A stretch of 64,000 nt of DNA, from the NCBI GenBank assembly GCA_003602605.1, contig QQRW01000040.1, positions 19,283 to 83,282 on the forward strand. The letters are read 5' to 3'. Under the pieces are notes generated by a model. The model was not told the origin of the DNA, did no database searches, and worked only from the letters and a program-made list of their open reading frames with translations. Source of the stretch: Candidatus Poseidoniales archaeon. GTDB lineage: Archaea > Thermoplasmatota > Poseidoniia > Poseidoniales > Poseidoniaceae. Numbering within the stretch: the stretch's first letter is position 1; every line of letters begins with the position of its first letter. A program made the translations under genes and the position numbers. This document shows positions 59,398-64,000 of the stretch, one piece after another.

Positions 59398-61758
59398 TTA
59401 ATTTGGGCGCTGAAGTCTGCGGTTGGAATCTCGAAGGTCTTGTTGCAGCCCCCAACGGAATTCAGTAATATGGTGGGGTGTTTGCACCACTTCACCAAAG
59501 TGCCAATGCCACGGTGATGAGTTTGGATTGCCAAGTGTCGATTGTGCCCTATCGAGGTGAAGTGCGAGGTCTCTACGCGCAGTCTGCTTGGCATGATCTC
59601 TTCGTATGAACACGATGCTCTGGTCATGAGTGCCTTGTTCAACAAAACCGAGGAGGGTCGCAAACCTCCTCAATATTCGACGTTCCTGCTGATTTCGTAC
59701 AGTCATTGCGAGGTGGCAGTGCTCAAAGGTAACATCTCCCCCATCCAACACTCCAAGCCTAAAGGTAGAGCCAATAGGGTGCTGCAACAAAGCGTCCCAA
59801 ATCCGAGGGAAGATTTCGCAGTAGCGCCGCTCACCGTTTCGTATGTCGCCAACAGGTAAATCCTCTACCAAAGTGATATGATGCTGCCTTTGCAGATGGA
59901 GTTGCGCCCAATTGTTCCTATCATGTCCGAAATGGTGAAGGTAATGATGGGGTTCAAAAATTTCCTCTGCAGAACCGTCCTTCAGAGACTCATGCCAGAG
60001 TTCAATGAACTGTGGGTGTGGCATTGCGGAATCAGCAGCCACTGCATGTTCAACCAAAACATCACAACGGTTTTTTCGGTTCGGAGCATTTCCATCCTGA
60101 TGCCATCTACGTCGTCGATTGAAGGCGACATTTCTATGGAATAAATGCATCATGTTTTGGTTTCGCCCACCTGCTTCAGTAGGCTGGTCTCGTGGCAACC
60201 ATCGAATGGAATCAGAGTGATTTTCCGTGATTTGCTTGAATTCTTGTACGGCAGAATCACGAAGGAAACGAATGTGTTTATCGTTCAAAGGAGATAAAAA
60301 TCCAAGCGGAGGCCTCAAAGCAATGTGTTCTCGTAAACTACCAATCTTACCTGAGGTTTTAACATCATCAACAAGCGAAAGGATGACGGATACGATTGTA
60401 TCGCCAAGTGGGACTGTCGAATGAAAGGTGCCGTGATGAATGCAAAGTGCTGTCGTACTCCTTGGCCCTAACGAATCAATTGCGCGTATGATAAACGGTG
60501 CTCCGTGCGCTCCTCTGCCAACTTTAACTTCGTAAAAATGGCCCAATCGACCGATGACCAGCATGCGCTCTTCATGGACAAAAACCCGATCGGAGTTACT
60601 GTCAATAACTTCTCGAAGAAATTGAATAGACCGACGTAGGGGCGCTGATATCTGGTGGGTTTCCTGCTTTGAATCGGTCCAATTGAACTGTAGAGCATAC
60701 AACAAGTCAGAGCCTGACGAGCGATGGGGCGAAAAGGCAAGCGATATCAAAAATGCCCAGACACCCGGTTCTTCTGGAATTGAAGTCTTACGTGATGCGT
60801 TGTTCTTTGCTCGAACCACGAACTTGAGTTTCCCTCCAACGATTTCGAACGGCCACGTGCGATTAGTGTTGAATCGTTGATATCGAGTGTATGCCAGCCA
60901 CCTTCGAGTCCAAGGGTAAATTGTAAGTTCCTCCAATCCAGTCGGATGATGGGTGAAGGCTTCTTTCAAATGGTTCTCAAATTTCGTTCCAATGGGCGTT
61001 GATAATCTCTGCCGAACATCGCGAGACCAAGCACCTAGCGGATTCATTGCAGAATGTTTAGGCGCCTCAAGTTGCTCTTCAGCCATCCATTCAACCCATG
61101 AAAGCATCGCTGAAGCAGTGGGTTTATCCAGAGAATCACGAATTCTGTTTGGCCCGATGAGGCGGCGGGGCACTCGACGAATTGGCAGTGTATCGATAGC
61201 TCCGGTCGTCATTGTTCCAATCGCAATCAACAGCTTCGACAAATCCCAGCCTAAACGATGTTTCTTCGAAGAGAGAAGATTGAGAATGGATACCATCGGC
61301 ACCGACGCAATCGTTGGTCTTCCATTGAGATACATACGGTCGGCAACAAACGAAACATGCGTACCATCGAAGAGATGAAAGCCTCTGTGCAATTGTACCC
61401 GTTGCTTTCTATTCAACCGAACACCATCGGATATTCTTTCGATGATACCGGCCATATCGTCTCCATCGCACGGAGAAACTAACACTGGATCAAGTGATTG
61501 ATCGGGTAGCTGAGCCCAACCTACATCTTCCGAGTCGGATACATTTTGCATCAAACACTTCCATCGTTGTTTTGCAGTTCGGCTCCCGCCGCCAATCAAT
61601 TGCAGCGCTTCAAAGTGAGTATCGTCGGGTATCTCACATGTCCATCTATTGTTGGTTTTAGAAACGATAATCGACTCACATAAAGGACACGGACTCAAAG
61701 TTGAAGGATGTTCACATACAGAGCAAAATGAGGTATGCTGTCGCCGAGCCATAGTCAT
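59398..61758 (-). CDS. Large hypothetical protein with N-terminal Zn finger (786 aa)
   Basis: CSVC-x8-CPLC; long uninterrupted ORF; TTAAATA TATA-like box upstream. Confidence 0.7.
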   Translation of the reverse strand: MTMARRQHTSFCSVCEHPSTLSPCPLCESIIVSKTNNRWTCEIPDDTHFEALQLIGGGSRTAKQRWKCLMQNVSDSEDVGWAQLPDQSLDPVLVSPCDGDDMAGIIERISDGVRLNRKQRVQLHRGFHLFDGTHVSFVADRMYLNGRPTIASVPMVSILNLLSSKKHRLGWDLSKLLIAIGTMTTGAIDTLPIRRVPRRLIGPNRIRDSLDKPTASAMLSWVEWMAEEQLEAPKHSAMNPLGAWSRDVRQRLSTPIGTKFENHLKEAFTHHPTGLEELTIYPWTRRWLAYTRYQRFNTNRTWPFEIVGGKLKFVVRAKNNASRKTSIPEEPGVWAFLISLAFSPHRSSGSDLLYALQFNWTDSKQETHQISAPLRRSIQFLREVIDSNSDRVFVHEERMLVIGRLGHFYEVKVGRGAHGAPFIIRAIDSLGPRSTTALCIHHGTFHSTVPLGDTIVSVILSLVDDVKTSGKIGSLREHIALRPPLGFLSPLNDKHIRFLRDSAVQEFKQITENHSDSIRWLPRDQPTEAGGRNQNMMHLFHRNVAFNRRRRWHQDGNAPNRKNRCDVLVEHAVAADSAMPHPQFIELWHESLKDGSAEEIFEPHHYLHHFGHDRNNWAQLHLQRQHHITLVEDLPVGDIRNGERRYCEIFPRIWDALLQHPIGSTFRLGVLDGGDVTFEHCHLAMTVRNQQERRILRRFATLLGFVEQGTHDQSIVFIRRDHAKQTARRDLALHLDRAQSTLGNPNSSPWHWHFGEVVQTPHHITEFRWGLQQDLRDSNRRLQRPN

Positions 61759-61775
61759 TAGACTACCGAGTGTAT

Positions 61776-62828
61776 TTAACTCTCAAACGAGGAGAACGCC
61801 TCAATAATATGTTTGACATCCTCATCGGTAACATGTAAATGGACCACTATACGGCATACATTGGGTTTGACATCTAAGACGTCAATGTTCATTTGGCGGA
61901 GACCTTCCATGACTTCCAATGCTGGAATCTTCGACTCAAAATAAACCATATTTGTCTCGACTGTGTCCATTTTTACTTCGAAACCATCGAGTTGATTGAT
62001 GGCTTCGGCAATGGTTTTTGCGCGCCTGTGATCTTCGGATAAGCGGTCTACATGGTGTTCGATGGCATGCAAACAAGCGGCAGCAAGGAAGCCTGACTGA
62101 CGCATGCCGCCCCCGAACATCTTTCTCCATCGGTGAGCGCGAGCAATGAAAGATTGAGAGCCAACTAAAACCGACCCCACTGGGGCTCCAAGTCCCTTCG
62201 AAAAACAAATAGATACGGAATCGTAATCGCGCAGCATTCGGTTGAGAGGAGTATTGGTTGCTGCAACCGCATTGAAAATACGCGCACCGTCCATGTGAAT
62301 TGCGCAGTTGTTTGCTTTTGCGACCGCAGCAATCTCATCAAGCGTTTCCTGCTGATAGCAAGCGCCACCGCCTCTGTTTGATGTATTTTCAACACACACC
62401 AATGTACCATCGGGGAAATGAGAGAGAGAGCCTTCTTGCTTTCGAATTGCAAGTTGAACATCCTCTGGTCGCATCAAACCACCGTGAACATCGACCAGTG
62501 CAATCGACGCTCCACATAGTGCAGCATACCCGCCACCTTCATAGATGTAGATGTGGCTGTTTTTTGCCGTAATGATTTCATCACCTGGACTTGTATGGGC
62601 TCGAAGGGCAATAGCGTTTGACATTGTGCCTGATGGAACAAATAATCCAGCTTCTTTCCCACACATCTGAGCCATTTTCTGCTCCAACTGAGTCACGGTC
62701 GGGTCATCCCCCAAAACATCGTCTCCGACGATAGCCCCATTCATCGCTTCACGCATAAGCGGAGTTGGTTGAGTAACGGTATCTGAACGAAGGTCGATTC
62801 GGTCTGAGTTGTAGTCACGCATATCCAT
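61776..62828 (-). CDS. ltaE: Low-specificity L-threonine aldolase
   Basis: DLRSDTVTQPT, GDDVLGDDPT, PSGTMSN, HMDGARIFNA, CFSKGLGAPVGS, GGGMRQSG. Confidence 0.95.
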   Translation of the reverse strand: MDMRDYNSDRIDLRSDTVTQPTPLMREAMNGAIVGDDVLGDDPTVTQLEQKMAQMCGKEAGLFVPSGTMSNAIALRAHTSPGDEIITAKNSHIYIYEGGGYAALCGASIALVDVHGGLMRPEDVQLAIRKQEGSLSHFPDGTLVCVENTSNRGGGACYQQETLDEIAAVAKANNCAIHMDGARIFNAVAATNTPLNRMLRDYDSVSICFSKGLGAPVGSVLVGSQSFIARAHRWRKMFGGGMRQSGFLAAACLHAIEHHVDRLSEDHRRAKTIAEAINQLDGFEVKMDTVETNMVYFESKIPALEVMEGLRQMNIDVLDVKPNVCRIVVHLHVTDEDVKHIIEAFSSFES

Positions 62829-62865
62829 CGCAATGAGCCACTCCTCATGAAGGCGATGGAATTGT

Positions 62866-63282
62866 TTAGAGAAGTTTCAATTCACCGGTAATGCGTTCCA
62901 ACCGCTCATCAGTTTCCGGACCCAATGCAAGTACAGTAAGTGAGCCACTCGGAATTTGAGTATGGCCTGCATCATGGACAAGCGTTGTCAAAATACCAGC
63001 GGCTTTGGCCTGTTGCTCAAGCGCTAACAACTGATCCGCATCCGCGCCCTTCAAGCAGACTTTCTTTTGACCGGTTGCAAGCCATTGTTCAACAAAGAGA
63101 GGTTTGAGCGAGCCGCCCTTCATTGTAGCCATCACAGCACCATGACCAACTTGAGCGGCAATTTTTCCCTTACCCATTTTTAATCCGTGATTAACCACGC
63201 ACACCATTTTACAAGGGCCATCTGGAGACTGCCCGGTTGGTGATGGGGCTGTAAGACGATGTAAAAACGAACGCAGACCCAT
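62866..63282 (-). CDS. pth2: Peptidyl-tRNA hydrolase Pth2 (copy 1)
   Basis: KMGKGKIAAQVGHG, WLATGQKKVCL, DAGHTQIPSGSLTVLALGP, ITGELKLL. Confidence 0.92.
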   Translation of the reverse strand: MGLRSFLHRLTAPSPTGQSPDGPCKMVCVVNHGLKMGKGKIAAQVGHGAVMATMKGGSLKPLFVEQWLATGQKKVCLKGADADQLLALEQQAKAAGILTTLVHDAGHTQIPSGSLTVLALGPETDERLERITGELKLL

Positions 63283-63290
63283 TTCATCAC

Positions 63291-63659
63291 CTAGTAGGGT
63301 TTCAAATCTGAAACCAGAGCATCAAGAGCTCGGCGTGGAGCAGGTCCAATTCCGAGTACTGTGATAGTGCCAGGCGGTACCTCTGTATGGCCTGCGTCTT
63401 TGACAAGTGTTGTAACGAGGCCGGCAGACTGTGCTTGGCCTGCTAAGCGCTGCAGTGTTCCAAGATCATCTGCACGCAGACAAATTTTTCTTGCCCCACC
63501 GCTCATCCACCGTTCGACAAGTCGAGCGTGAGATTTACGAGCATTTACTGTACATGTGACAGCTGCATGCGAGCATTGGACTGCGAGTTTACCCGCTGAC
63601 ATCTTGAGATCTTTGCGAGCAATGAGGACCATTGATGGATGCTCAGCCGTCGATACCAT
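63291..63659 (-). CDS. pth2: Peptidyl-tRNA hydrolase Pth2 (copy 2)
   Basis: RKDLKMSAGKLAVQCSHAA, WMSGGARKICL, DAGHTEVPPGTITVLGIGP. Confidence 0.92.
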   Translation of the reverse strand: MVSTAEHPSMVLIARKDLKMSAGKLAVQCSHAAVTCTVNARKSHARLVERWMSGGARKICLRADDLGTLQRLAGQAQSAGLVTTLVKDAGHTEVPPGTITVLGIGPAPRRALDALVSDLKPY

Positions 63660-63999
63660 GGCCATTCACCACCGCAAACTCGATTTCTTCAAGCGTAGGT
63701 TGCTCCTCAAGTAGTCCAGAGAACCAACCGCCTAGCCACACAACAAAGACGAGGTTGCTCGCCATGTGGAGAAGGTCGAACGGTATACCGTGAACAAGGT
63801 ATGTGATGAAATCAGTAAACCCTATCGTGCCGTCAAGTATCGAGAATGAAACGATGAGATCAAACCAAACTGCTGCAGCAAGAGAGGCGAAAATAGCCTT
63901 CCGAAGGTCGAGCCCTGATGGAGTCATCAATGTGAGTTGTGAGCCGGCGACTGCAACGCTTGCCCAACCAGCTGCTTGGAAGACAGTCCACCATCCGTC
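63643..63999 (-). CDS. ECF transporter S-component-like membrane protein (5'-truncated)
   Basis: Frame is open to the window end: DGWWTVFQAAGWASV...HGIPFDLLHMASNLVF, resembling the WTxFQ..W and GxPFD..H..N patterns of S-components. Confidence 0.6.
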   Translation of the reverse strand, partial: DGWWTVFQAAGWASVAVAGSQLTLMTPSGLDLRKAIFASLAAAVWFDLIVSFSILDGTIGFTDFITYLVHGIPFDLLHMASNLVFVVWLGGWFSGLLEEQPTLEEIEFAVVNGHGIDG

Positions 64000-64000
64000 A

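Overview
Gene-dense chromosomal segment of a marine euryarchaeon, most consistent with Marine Group II (Ca. Poseidoniales). The taxonomy is inferred from archaeal markers (RadA, FtsZ1-type, TFB-like, RaSEA, Pth2, archaeal YchF, AK6, archaeal initiator tRNA-Met) mixed with bacterial-type metabolic genes (icd, maeB, pabC/pabBA, pip, ltaE, rlmH, GST) and giant acidic surface proteins. About 48 CDS and one tRNA are supported; no rRNA, CRISPR array, integrase or transposase was seen. The standout is a two-gene unit at 41015-43267. It encodes a cbb3-type oxidase subunit I (CcoN)-like membrane protein that, by manual alignment, has lost all six heme/CuB histidines and gained two canonical C-terminal EF-hands. 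It is preceded by a GC palindrome (ACCCC-TAC-GGGGT) that recurs upstream of a surface-protein/Ca2+-H+ antiporter gene run, suggesting a possible Ca2+-linked module. Other notable items: a 1133-aa RGG/helical-repeat/PIN nuclease near DHH and Nudix hydrolases, an AddAB-like helicase-nuclease pair with 4-Cys motifs in both subunits, a highly divergent TFB paralogue with its own promoter, and tandem Pth2 paralogues. All family calls come from motifs recognised by eye; no searches were run.
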